Of a stretch of DNA of 64,000 nt, positions 29,209-38,848 are shown one piece after another. The translations under genes were made by a program, and so were the position numbers. The DNA comes from an uncultured Chloroflexia bacterium. GTDB lineage: Bacteria; Chloroflexota; Anaerolineae; Anaerolineales; UBA4823. How positions within the stretch are numbered: position 1 is the first letter of the stretch; each line of letters starts with the position of its first letter. A model generated the notes under the pieces. It was not told the DNA's origin and did no database searches. It saw only the letters and a list, made by a program, of their open reading frames with translations. The stretch covers positions 58,651-122,650 of the forward strand of contig CAVYQO010000010.1 of NCBI GenBank assembly GCA_963770655.1, given 5' to 3'.

Positions 29209-30221
29209 TCATCCAATTTCGCTTACTTTCACTGGCCGGTTCTCGCGCAGCGACTTCCCAGCGGCATAACCTAAGACAACTGCCGCACGCCCATCTGCCC
29301 CGCTGATGGGCGTGGGCGTGTCATCGCGGACACATTCGACGAATTGTCGAACCTCGTCGACATAGCACGGCGCATAGCGCTGCATGAAAAAGAATGGCGG
29401 GCGCGCGAGAGAAAACCGTCTGGATTGCCCTTCTTAATCGTGCTCTCGACCTCGTTATCCGCCATGGCCGTGCCATCCGAACAAAATACCTCCAGGCGCT
29501 GGTCGTAGCCATAGACAGCCTTGCGGCTATTGTCGATCGCCCCGATCGCCCCATTGGCGAACTTGAGCGTGACGATGTTTGTATCGGTATCGCCGAACTC
29601 GTTCAATTCCGGGTTGAGCAGCACCCCGCCGATTGCAAAGACCTCGTCCACCTCGCCGATCTGGAAACGCGCCATGTCGAAATCGTGGATGGTCATATCC
29701 AGGAACATACCACCTGAAACGCGCATAAACTCCATCGCCGGGAAGTCCGGATCGCGATTGGTAATGCGCAGAATGCACGGACGGCCGATTTCACCCGAGG
29801 CAACGATCTCGTGCACCTGGCGGAAACTCTTATCGAAGCGGCGGTTAAACCCAATCTGCAGCTTGACCCCGGCTCTCTCGACTTCCGCCAGGGCATCATC
29901 GATTTCTGCCAGATCGAGCGCCAGTGGTTTTTCGCAGAAGATATGCTTGCCCGCGCGAGCCACATCTTTCATAATGAACGCATGCGTGTTCGTGCTGGTG
30001 GCAATTAATATGGCCTCGATGCTTTGGTCTTCCAGCAAATCGTGATAATCGCGCACCACACGCTGGACGCCGCACTCAGCGGCGACCGCCTGTGCTACTT
30101 CAAGGCGGATATCACAAACCGCCGCAAGATTTGCTTCGGGGATGGACCGCGCAATATTGCGCGCATGGACGCTGCCCATTCTTCCGGTTCCAATTACTGC
30201 AATATTTATTCTTCTGGTCAT
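29209..30221 (-). CDS. Gfo/Idh/MocA oxidoreductase (inositol 2-dehydrogenase-like), one frameshift near 29397-29409
   Basis: INIAVIGTGRMGSVHA, EKPLALDLAE. The track ORF's C-terminus is nonsense. The alternate frame gives PPFFFMQRYAPCYVDEVRQFVECVRDDTPTPISGADGRAAVVLGYAAGKSLRENRPVKV, with a stop at 29209-29211. Confidence 0.8.
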
Positions 30222-30257
30222 CGTTACCTCATTCCGGTCGGTGCTGACGGCGTGCGC

Positions 30258-31301
30258 CTAAAACTTCATAACGATCTTCATTGCGCTCTTGGGCTGGTGC
30301 TGCATGGTCCTGGGGTCCAACCCAAGACAGCCGAAAGCATCCAGGCCTTCTTCTAGCGGAATGACCTTTGTGAAGAATGGTTTCATATTGAGCCGGCCTT
30401 CCTGGAAGATGCGGATAGACGGGTTCATTGTATTTTGGCCGAGATACAGGCCGATAATCTTGGTGGCCCAACGGGTGACCTCGTTCGGGACGATGCTGGC
30501 GGTAATGGACGAGTCCATCCCGAAGGGCAGCACTTTTCCACCGGGGGTGACGCATTTGAGCGCCTGCTCGATGGCATTTCCGGTAGCCTCAACAACGATA
30601 TCCGCCTTGCGCCCGTAGGTAAACTCGGTGATGTTTTTCTCGATATCATCCACCTGCGGGTTCCAAACAGTCAACCCGCATTGTTTTGCGACCTCGATGC
30701 GGAACGGATCGATCTCGGTCACAGCAACTTTTGCGGCGATGTTTTTGGCAAATTGCGCAAATAAATAGCCAATCGGACCGAAGCCCAAGATCAGTACATA
30801 ATCATAGGGCAGCATCTGCAGATGGTTCATGCCATTGACAACGGTTGCCAAAGTCTCTACTTGCGAACCGAGCACATCGTCAATTTCATCGGGGAGCAAG
30901 TAGCATTGCTTTTCAGGAACAAGGCAATATTCGGCATAGCCGCCATCGCGCATCACGCCGATCGCATTCCACTTGATCTCCACACACTGGCTGGTCAAGC
31001 CCATCCGGCAGAAGGTGCAGAAACCGCAGCGGATGTTGTTATCCACTGCCACCCGGTCGCCGATCTTGAAGTGGTGAACGTGCGAACCGATCTCGACGAT
31101 CTCGCCGCAGAATTCATGCCCAAGAACGGTGTCAGGCTTGAAATGATGCTTGCCTTCCATGATCTTGACATCGGTGCCGCAAATGCCCACCCGGCTGACC
31201 TTGATCACGATATCATCTGGCTCTTTGACATGCGGAACCTCTCTTTCTTCAAGAACAAGCCGGCCGACCTCTTTGAAAACAAGAGCTTTCATTTTTTGCA
31301 T
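30258..31301 (-). CDS. zinc-dependent alcohol/polyol dehydrogenase (threonine/sorbitol DH-like)
   Basis: The ATG at 31301 follows AAGGAG. Motifs GICGTDVKI, GHEFCG, CGFCTFCRMG. Confidence 0.8.
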   Translation of the reverse strand: MQKMKALVFKEVGRLVLEEREVPHVKEPDDIVIKVSRVGICGTDVKIMEGKHHFKPDTVLGHEFCGEIVEIGSHVHHFKIGDRVAVDNNIRCGFCTFCRMGLTSQCVEIKWNAIGVMRDGGYAEYCLVPEKQCYLLPDEIDDVLGSQVETLATVVNGMNHLQMLPYDYVLILGFGPIGYLFAQFAKNIAAKVAVTEIDPFRIEVAKQCGLTVWNPQVDDIEKNITEFTYGRKADIVVEATGNAIEQALKCVTPGGKVLPFGMDSSITASIVPNEVTRWATKIIGLYLGQNTMNPSIRIFQEGRLNMKPFFTKVIPLEEGLDAFGCLGLDPRTMQHQPKSAMKIVMKF

Positions 31302-31328
31302 GATAATTCTCCTTTTATGTTTTGGACT

Positions 31329-31344
31329 ATGCACACGTGTGCAT
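31329..31344. promoter_or_regulatory. 16-nt perfect palindrome ATGCACACGTGTGCAT (candidate LacI-family operator)
   Basis: Lies 28 nt upstream of the dehydrogenase start. It has a central CG, as LacI-type operators do. The same 14-mer core occurs at 38687-38700. Confidence 0.5.
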
Positions 31345-31361
31345 AAAATTCAAAAAATATA

Positions 31362-32474
31362 TCAACGTTGAATTCTAGCCGAGCTGCCTTTGGCGAGCGC
31401 TCGCACCTGATCCAGAGTAGCCATGGTGGTGTCGCCGGGGAAGGTGGTCAGCAGCGCACCATGCGCCCAGCCCAGGTTCACAGACTCCTGCTCCGGCTCG
31501 CCGCTCAACAAGCCAAAGAAAAATCCAGCAGCAAACCCATCCCCACCGCCGACGCGATCGTACACATCCAGCTCGCAGGTGGGCGATACAAACGTCTTTC
31601 CATCGATCCAGGCCACCGCGCCCCAACTGTGGCGATTGGTGGAGTGGACCTCGCGCAGCGTGGTGGCCACAATTTTGACCTGCGGAAATTTCTTCACGAC
31701 GGTATCGATCATCCCAAAGAACGCGCTCGGATTAAGTTTTGATTTGGCGGCGACTTCGGGCTCAGTGATGCCCAGGCCCAACTGCAGGTCTTCCTCGTTG
31801 CCGACGAGCACATCCACGTTCTGCACAATCCGCTGGATGACTGCCTGGGCTCGCTCTGCCCCGCCCCATATATTCCACAGCTTGGCGCGATAATTCAGGT
31901 CGAATGAGACCACGGCGCCGGCGGCTTTGGCGGCCTGCATGCCTTCGATGATGAGCTCGCCGGTGGTTTCAGAGAGTGAGGCGAAGATGCCGCCGCTGTG
32001 GAACCAGCGCACGCCGGAAAGGATTGCCTCCCAGTCGAAATCTCCCGGTTTGAGTTGGGCAGCGGCTTCGTTGGCGCGGTTGTAAAAGACTACCGGGGCG
32101 CGCACGCCATAACCGCGATCGCTGTAGATGGTGGCCATGTTGGGCCCATTGACGCCGTTGTGCTTGAAGGTTTTATAAAAGGGGGTAATCCCCATCAGGC
32201 GCACTCGTTCAGCGATCAGCTCACCAATGGGATATTCGACCATCGCCGAGACGAGACCGGTGCGCAGCCGGAAGCAGTTGGATAGGTTAGCAGCCACATT
32301 GTACTCGCCGCCGCTGGGATGAATCTGCCACTCGATGGCTTTACTGAAGGGGAGCACGCCCGAATCGACGCGGTGGTTGAGCGCTCCTAGTGAAACGAAG
32401 TCCAGCGGGGGCGCCTGTAGGTGAAGACCTGTGGGTCTACCCTCTGCGGGTTTGATATTTAAACCGTACTGCAT
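31362..32474 (-). CDS. PfkB-family sugar(-acid) kinase (KdgK-like)
   Basis: GGEYNVAANL near the N-terminus. The C-terminal motif DRVGGGDGFAAGFFFG is the PfkB signature. Confidence 0.8.
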   Translation of the reverse strand: MQYGLNIKPAEGRPTGLHLQAPPLDFVSLGALNHRVDSGVLPFSKAIEWQIHPSGGEYNVAANLSNCFRLRTGLVSAMVEYPIGELIAERVRLMGITPFYKTFKHNGVNGPNMATIYSDRGYGVRAPVVFYNRANEAAAQLKPGDFDWEAILSGVRWFHSGGIFASLSETTGELIIEGMQAAKAAGAVVSFDLNYRAKLWNIWGGAERAQAVIQRIVQNVDVLVGNEEDLQLGLGITEPEVAAKSKLNPSAFFGMIDTVVKKFPQVKIVATTLREVHSTNRHSWGAVAWIDGKTFVSPTCELDVYDRVGGGDGFAAGFFFGLLSGEPEQESVNLGWAHGALLTTFPGDTTMATLDQVRALAKGSSARIQR

Positions 32475-32496
32475 AGCTGCTCCTTATCGTGATGTT

Positions 32497-33900
32497 TCAC
32501 TGCCAGTCCGTGTGGAAAGTGCCCGGTCCGTCGATACGGCGGTAAGTATGGGCGCCAAAATAATCGCGTTGGGCCTGGGTCAGGTTAGCAGGCAGGCGCT
32601 CGCTGCGATATGCGTCAAAATAGGCCAGCGAGGCGGAGGTTGCCAGCATCGGGATGCCCAGTCCAATCCCAAGCTGCGCCACCCTGCGCCAGGCAGGTGC
32701 GCAGTCGGTAACGGCCTGACGCAGGGCGTCGTCTAACAGCAAGCTTGGCAGCTTGGGGCTGCGCTCGAAGGCTGCCATAATTTCTCTAAGCAGGCCGGCG
32801 CGGATGATGCATCCGGCGCGCCAGATGCGGGCAATTCGCGCAAAGTTCAGGTTGTAACCATATTCCTGCGAGGCCAGCCTGAGCAGCCCAAATCCCTGAG
32901 CATAGGCAGTGATCTTACTTGCATAGAGGGCCTGCCAGGCAAGATCAGCCAGGCGCTGGCGATCGCAGGCGAACGAAGAGATTTCCCCGCCTAGCACGCG
33001 GCTGGCGGTCGTGCGCTCCGCCTTAAGGCTCGAAAGCAGGCGGCTTTCAACCGCAGCGTTGATCGTGGGGATCGGCGCGCCCAGGTCGAGGGCGTTTTGG
33101 CTGGCCCATTTGCCCGTGCCTTTCTGTGCGGCTTCGTCCAGGATCATATCTACCAGCGACTGACCAGATTGCTCGTCCTGGCGTTGGAGGATATGGGCGG
33201 TAATCTCAATCAGGTAGGATTTCAGCTCGCTGTTGTTCCATTCGGAGAACACACCGGCTAGCTCTGTATTGGAAAACCCCGCCCCGCGGTGCAGGAGATC
33301 GTAGATTTCGGCGATTAACTGCATATCTGCGTATTCAATGCCGTTATGCACCATTTTGACATAATGCCCTGCGCCGCGCGGTCCCATATAGGCGACGCAT
33401 GGCTCGCCGCTCGCCTGGGCGGCGATCTTTTCAAAAATGGGTTTGACCAATTCCCAGGCTTCCGGCTGCCCGCCGGGCATAATGGCGGGTCCACGCAGCG
33501 CGCCTTCTTCGCCGCCCGACACGCCCATACCGATGAAATGGAAACCTTCGGACTCGAGGGCCTGGCTGCGTCGTTCGGTGTCCATAAAATACGAGTTGCC
33601 GCCGTCGATCAAGATGTCGCCAGGCGCAAGGAGTGGCGTCAGCAGGGCGATTGCGCTGTCCACCGCTGCTCCTGCCGGAACCATGAGCAGCAGGCGACGC
33701 GGCTTTTCGAGTAAATTGATCAGCTCGACAGCCGAGTCAGCCCCGCTGATGTTCTTACCGGCGCCAGAGCTCTCCAGAAATAACTTGGTCTTAGCCGCAT
33801 CGAGATCGTAGCCAGCCACCGAAAAGCCATTGCGCTCCATATTCAGCGCAAGATTGTGACCCATCACCCCCAAACCGACAACCCCAATTTTATAAGCCAT
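32497..33900 (-). CDS. gnd: 6-phosphogluconate dehydrogenase (decarboxylating)
   Basis: The ATG at 33900 is 6 nt after GGAGGA. Motifs KIGVVGLGVMGHNLALN, GMGVSGGEEGA, HNGIEYADMQLI, and a C-terminal RDYFGAHTY. Confidence 0.9.
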   Translation of the reverse strand: MAYKIGVVGLGVMGHNLALNMERNGFSVAGYDLDAAKTKLFLESSGAGKNISGADSAVELINLLEKPRRLLLMVPAGAAVDSAIALLTPLLAPGDILIDGGNSYFMDTERRSQALESEGFHFIGMGVSGGEEGALRGPAIMPGGQPEAWELVKPIFEKIAAQASGEPCVAYMGPRGAGHYVKMVHNGIEYADMQLIAEIYDLLHRGAGFSNTELAGVFSEWNNSELKSYLIEITAHILQRQDEQSGQSLVDMILDEAAQKGTGKWASQNALDLGAPIPTINAAVESRLLSSLKAERTTASRVLGGEISSFACDRQRLADLAWQALYASKITAYAQGFGLLRLASQEYGYNLNFARIARIWRAGCIIRAGLLREIMAAFERSPKLPSLLLDDALRQAVTDCAPAWRRVAQLGIGLGIPMLATSASLAYFDAYRSERLPANLTQAQRDYFGAHTYRRIDGPGTFHTDWQ

Positions 33901-35239
33901 CCTGTCCTCCTGGGCGATCACGGTGGGGCGGACCTATTTGTCCTCCCTCCATCTGGATACGATACAACATTTCGCCGGCGCGCGGTACAAAGAGAATATT
34001 TTCGCTTTCTCTGTTTTTCCATTGGTCGATATTGATTTCCGCAGGATCGAGATAACCGAGGTTAAGCGCGGCGCAATCCTCAGCACAAATTTTGCTGGCC
34101 AGAGTCACTTTCACATTTGGCTTCTCGATCCCGTTTTCCATGACGCCTGAGCCGCGCAGATGGGTACTATGGGCAAGCACTCCGAGCGGAATGTGCTTGA
34201 AGCGCTCCCAGTTGTCCAAAAAATAGGGCAGGATGTGATAACCAATCTCATAGATATATTTACCGTGGACGCGGCTGACGATATCCAGGTGAGGTGCATA
34301 AATAATGACCTCGCCTCCTATGGCGACCGCGGGCTCGAGTTTATACATGGCTTTGGCGGCCGTCCACAGTTCGGTATACATCGGCGGCGCACAGGAAAGG
34401 ACACGCTGATAAGGTTCCTGACACCACTGGATGTGGCATTGTGCGGAGAGGTCAGCCGCCGTGCTCCAGGAAGAGTGAATATCGCCGATGAACAAACCGC
34501 AGATATCATCGTCGACCACCGTCATTGCAACCAGGGTGATCGGGGTGGAGAGGAGTTTTGCTGCAGCGTGGATCATCGCCCGCACCGGTGTTGTCTTGAT
34601 CCCAATCGTTTGGGCAGCGCCCGTCAAGGCTCCCAACCAATGGGTGGCATGGATCATTTCCGGGCCGGAGATGCCAGGAAAGAGATATTTTGCCCCGCCT
34701 GAGAATCCAGCTACCTCATGCGGGAATGTCGGCGCCAGGATCACGATCGCATCGTAGGCAAGGGCGGCTTTGTTAATCCGCACCGGAATGCTGTTCGGTA
34801 AGGAAGGATGCCAAAAATCTCCGGCAATTGCTCGGATTTCATCCTGCTCGATGCACCCAAGCGTCGCCAGGGCTGCAGGATTATCCCATTCATGTTCGAA
34901 GAGTCCGATATTTTTATAGGTCGACTGCCGTTCATCTACACGGATGCCAACCAACTGATTGAGGCCTTCTTCACCCAACGCTGGGTGCGTTCCCAGAGCG
35001 ACCATGAAATCAATTTGTCGGGGCACAAACCCAGGTTTGCCCTCGGTGAGGATCTCCACAAGCGTCCGAAATAAGAACGGGAGCGGTAAGGAACGCGTGT
35101 GGTCAGGAATGAGCACCAGGATTCTTTCCCCGGAAAAATTACCCGCGAGACCATTTTCGAGAGTCTCGCGAAGTACCTCATTGGTGAGTGGGGGCGGAAC
35201 TGCGTGTCTGCTCATCCTGGCGATGGTCTCGGTGTTCAT
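33890..35239 (-). CDS. LarA-family (nickel-pincer cofactor dependent) 2-hydroxyacid racemase/epimerase homolog
   Basis: PDHTR, ALGTHP, PHEVAGFSGGAKYLFPG (cofactor-tethering Lys context) and IHATHW are the hallmark LarA residues as I remember them. Start is taken at the ATG at 35239 after AAGGGA. Confidence 0.75.
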   Translation of the reverse strand: MNTETIARMSRHAVPPPLTNEVLRETLENGLAGNFSGERILVLIPDHTRSLPLPFLFRTLVEILTEGKPGFVPRQIDFMVALGTHPALGEEGLNQLVGIRVDERQSTYKNIGLFEHEWDNPAALATLGCIEQDEIRAIAGDFWHPSLPNSIPVRINKAALAYDAIVILAPTFPHEVAGFSGGAKYLFPGISGPEMIHATHWLGALTGAAQTIGIKTTPVRAMIHAAAKLLSTPITLVAMTVVDDDICGLFIGDIHSSWSTAADLSAQCHIQWCQEPYQRVLSCAPPMYTELWTAAKAMYKLEPAVAIGGEVIIYAPHLDIVSRVHGKYIYEIGYHILPYFLDNWERFKHIPLGVLAHSTHLRGSGVMENGIEKPNVKVTLASKICAEDCAALNLGYLDPAEINIDQWKNRESENILFVPRAGEMLYRIQMEGGQIGPPHRDRPGGQDGL

Positions 35240-35247
35240 AGAATCCC

Positions 35248-36079
35248 TTATACTCCGCTGAAAGCCGAGAAACCGCCATCGACAGGGACAACAATGCCGG
35301 TGACAAAACCCGCCGCAGGCGATACCAGCCAAAGCATTGCCCCAAGCAGGTCATCCGGAACCCCAAAGCGCGCCATCGGGGTGTGAGAAAGGATCGAATT
35401 CTCCGCGCGGGGTGAGCGAGCCGTCCTCATTCAGAAGCAGTTTTTGATTTTGCTCGCCGACGAAAAACCCAGGCGCAATGGCATTGACCCGGATCTCCGC
35501 CGAATACGTTTGGGCCAGGTGGACGGCCAGCCAGGCGGTGAAATTGCTGACTCCTGCTTTTGCTGCGGAGTATGCCGGAATTCGGGTCAGCGGCCGGAGG
35601 GCATTCATCGATGAAATATTAAGGATGACGCCGTGCTTTTGCTGGGCCATAATTTTCCCAAAAACCTGTGACGGTAAAATCGTTCCCATCAAGTTCAGGT
35701 CAAAGACCCAGCGTAAGGCTTCGGCTGGCAGGTCAAAGAAACTCTGCTCGGGGTTGGTGGTGGCTTGCGCTTTGTTTCCACCAGCACCGTTGATGAGAAT
35801 ATCTACGCTCCCAAATTTTGCCAATACTTCTTGTGCAGCGTTTTCGATGCTCGAAATATCGAGGACATCGCAGCGCACGCTGACAGCCTCCCCTCCGCTG
35901 GAGCGGATAGCCCCGGCGAGCTGTTCGGCGGCTGTGGGATTGATATCGAGAATAGCAACTTTTGCGCCGGCATCCGCCAGGGCGCAGCACATCGCCGCAC
36001 ACAACACACCTGCCCCGCCGGTAACAACAGCGGTCTTGCCGGAAATGGCGAAGTTTGGTTGGAGGGAGGTGTTTGTCAT
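35248..36079 (-). CDS. SDR oxidoreductase (UxuB/mannonate-fructuronate reductase-like), one frameshift near 35403-35412
   Basis: [17 protein letters not shown]. The true C-terminus ([51 protein letters not shown]) lies in the other frame (track ORF 35248..35430). Confidence 0.8.
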
Positions 36080-36136
36080 TTTTGCTTTCCAGGTCGCTGC
36101 GATGCGATATCGATCTTTCGGCGGTATTTGCTCGCT

Positions 36137-37517
36137 CTACTCAACAAATGGTTTTAAATGACGGATAAAATGGCTGGCGAGGTTCTCGGCATAGGCTTCG
36201 GAGTTGGCGCGCAGGATGGCAATGAAGCGATCGTAGAAACGAAACCGCCCGTCGTTAGTCTTATCGGTCAGCACCGAGCCAAAGGCAACGTGCAGGATTT
36301 CGCGGGCGTGGAAATCATTCAGCAACAGTGGCAGGTCTTGATCCTTGGGCAAACCATCTTTTCCGATGGAGAGACCGGCTCCAACCTTGTCGATTTCTGC
36401 CGAGACGTGATAACTGGCTTTGTCGACGGCGTAGCGCTGGAGAGAATAAAGATAAATCTGGCGGAAGAGTTCAACATCAACAGCGGCGATGGTGCGCAGG
36501 GCCTCGAGGTAGCTGGTGCCGGCGGTCTTGAGATGCGCCTTTTTTCGAGAAAGCCGGGCCGCGATTGGATAAATGCTGAATTTGTCCGAGCCGGAGTGCA
36601 GGCTAAGCTTATATCCGCCGAAGCGGCGGGCGATCGCCGCGTGACCGGCGAAATCAGATTCGAATTCTTCAAGGCTGCCGATATAATCGACGCCTTTTTC
36701 GAAACGCCCAACATAGCGCGGCGCAAGGCTGACCCAAATCCACGCCGAGCCGCTCCAGCTCGCTGGCGATGTAGATATGCTCGGCGTGCGAAGTAGGCTG
36801 CTCGGTTTCATCGACGGAGACTTCAAGTTCAAAAGGACGATCTCCGGCAATCTCTGCCAGGTGATGATACATTAAGGCGACCTGGGCAATTGCTCTGCCA
36901 TATTTGACAGCGGTCCTGGTCAGGGTGATCTCGTCGAAATGGATTTTCAACCCTTCGATATCAAAATTTTTACCGGATAATCCACTGGCGCTCGGGCGAA
37001 TTGTTCCAGGCAGCGCCTGGGCAAGCTCACGGAGCTCGCCAGGACTGGCGGTTTGGGCGCGGAGATCCACCTGTGCACCCGGGTCGATGGTAAAGAAGGT
37101 AAACCCGGCGGCCAGGCAGAGATCGATATCAGCAGGCGTCTTGAGATGATCGGCATCCGCACCGACGCCTTCACGCCAGCCTTCCTGGAAAATGCCCCAA
37201 GTAGCGTCATCCATCACCTGTTGGGGTGTGCGTTCGGTGCGCGCCATCTCGCGCATGGACTGCTGGGCAAAGATGGGGGCGATGCCGCCCACAGCCCTGA
37301 CTGCGCGAACATGCCCGGGTGTGGCAAGACCGATCCGATCGCCCATACCGGCTGAGGCGCGTTTCTCCAACAATCGCGGGCGGAGCCAATCTAATTGGGT
37401 GCGTAACCCGGCAGCATTTTTAGGGCTGAGCGGGCCGACCAGCAGCGTCCTACCTTCAAATTCGGAGCATTTCCCCTCGAAAGTGTTGAGTGTCGATGAT
37501 TGTGAAGCTGCTAACAC
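36137..37517 (-). CDS. tagaturonate/fructuronate epimerase (UxaE-like), one frameshift at the CCC run 36733-36735
   Basis: Two overlapping track ORFs (36669..37517 and 36137..36850). Motifs GDRIGLATPGH, GADADHLK, LSLHSGSDKFSIYP. The junction is ...ELERLGVD | VSLAPRYVGRFEKGVDYIG. Confidence 0.7.
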
Positions 37518-37650
37518 GGCCAGCCTCGGTCCAGAGGGCGTATTTGCTAGCCCATATTCGACCTCATCAAGGCTGAGCAGTGAGTGCGGATGAAAAGTGA
37601 GGTTTGAATTGAGCAGAGGTCATTGGCTGGTTACTCATCCTTTATACCCA

Positions 37651-38676
37651 TTAATCCAGGCGTGGGGACGCAGTTGATTCGCGCACCAACAAACGGCCCT
37701 TCAAAGTTTGGCTCTTGCGCACCGGCGCTTGATTCTCCGGGTTGCTTTTCAACAAATCCAGGACCAACCGTGCTGCTTCTGCGCCGATATAGTTTTTAGG
37801 CTGGTCAAATGTGGTTAACGGAGGATTGGTGTATGCAGAAAAAACGATGTTGTCAAATCCGGTCACCGAGCATTCTTCCGGAACCTGGATACCCGCCAGT
37901 TGAAGACCCTTGAGCGCGCCGATCGCCATCATATCGTTGAAACACACCAAGGCTGTTGGGCGGTGGGCCAGGCCGAGAAAATAATCCAGACCGGCCTGAC
38001 CATTCTCTGGGCCGCCACCTGGGATTTGGTGGATGTTTTCGGCTGGGACTGGTAATCCGGCTGCCTGCATTTCCGCCTGGAAACCGAATAAGCGATCCAG
38101 CGTCGTCCGTCCGGAGAGGGAATTGCCCAGGTAAGCAATCCGCTGGTGACCCAGATCGATTAAATGCCGCGTGATTTGCCGGCAGCCGTCCTCGTCATCG
38201 TGGTAGATCGAGTAGCGATATTCTTCAGCGGCCTGGTTGTTAATCACCACGATGGGAGCGCCATGATCCAGGAGCTGCTGGCTTTGACTGGAACTGAATG
38301 AAGTCGAACAGATAATGACCCCGTCGACGCGATGTTCGCGCATCGCCTCGACGACCGAGCGATCACGCTCGCTATCATCCTGCGACGAAGAAATAAATAT
38401 GCTGTAGCCCTCGTGCTGAGCCACATCTTCAATCCCCTGCAGGATTTCACTGAAGAAGGGGTCATCGATGTTGCGGACAACAACGCCAAGCGCTTTGGTT
38501 TGATGGGTTTTAAGGCTGCGTGCGGCAGCGCTGGGGTGATAGCCCATTTCCCGGGCAACCTGACGCACGCGCGCAGAGGTCTCATCCGAGATCAGCGGGT
38601 TGCCTCGCAGCGCCCGGGAGACAGTGGAGTGAGAAACCTCAGCTCGTTTGGCAACATCTTTGATGGTAGTCGGCAT
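37651..38676 (-). CDS. LacI-family transcriptional regulator
   Basis: N-terminal helix-turn-helix (TIKDVAKRAEVSHSTVSRALRG) plus a periplasmic-binding-protein-like core. Confidence 0.9.
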   Translation of the reverse strand: MPTTIKDVAKRAEVSHSTVSRALRGNPLISDETSARVRQVAREMGYHPSAAARSLKTHQTKALGVVVRNIDDPFFSEILQGIEDVAQHEGYSIFISSSQDDSERDRSVVEAMREHRVDGVIICSTSFSSSQSQQLLDHGAPIVVINNQAAEEYRYSIYHDDEDGCRQITRHLIDLGHQRIAYLGNSLSGRTTLDRLFGFQAEMQAAGLPVPAENIHQIPGGGPENGQAGLDYFLGLAHRPTALVCFNDMMAIGALKGLQLAGIQVPEECSVTGFDNIVFSAYTNPPLTTFDQPKNYIGAEAARLVLDLLKSNPENQAPVRKSQTLKGRLLVRESTASPRLD

Positions 38677-38686
38677 AAATCACCTG

Positions 38687-38700
38687 TGCACACGTGTGCA
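38687..38700. promoter_or_regulatory. 14-nt perfect palindrome TGCACACGTGTGCA (candidate LacI autoregulatory operator)
   Basis: Lies 10 nt upstream of the lacI-family start codon region, in the divergent gap toward the plus-strand cluster. Confidence 0.5.
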
Positions 38701-38761
38701 TTTAGATAGACTGAGTTTACTCGGTGTCTCTCCAAGAGTCAATACTTTTCTGAAAGAATGC

Positions 38762-38790
38762 TTGCATTAAATAGAAAATTGTTGTAAGAT
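38762..38790 (+). promoter_or_regulatory. promoter candidate P1 (HAD-iPGM-kinase operon)
   Basis: TTGCAT, a 17-nt spacer, then TAAGAT. It is flanked by GAAAGAATGC upstream and ACAAATGAAAGTAAACTTTCA downstream. It aligns without gaps to 43904-43957. Confidence 0.55.
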
Positions 38791-38848
38791 ATACAAATGA
38801 AAGTAAACTTTCAAATTTTATTATTTTGTTGACCTGGTAGGAGGCTTG

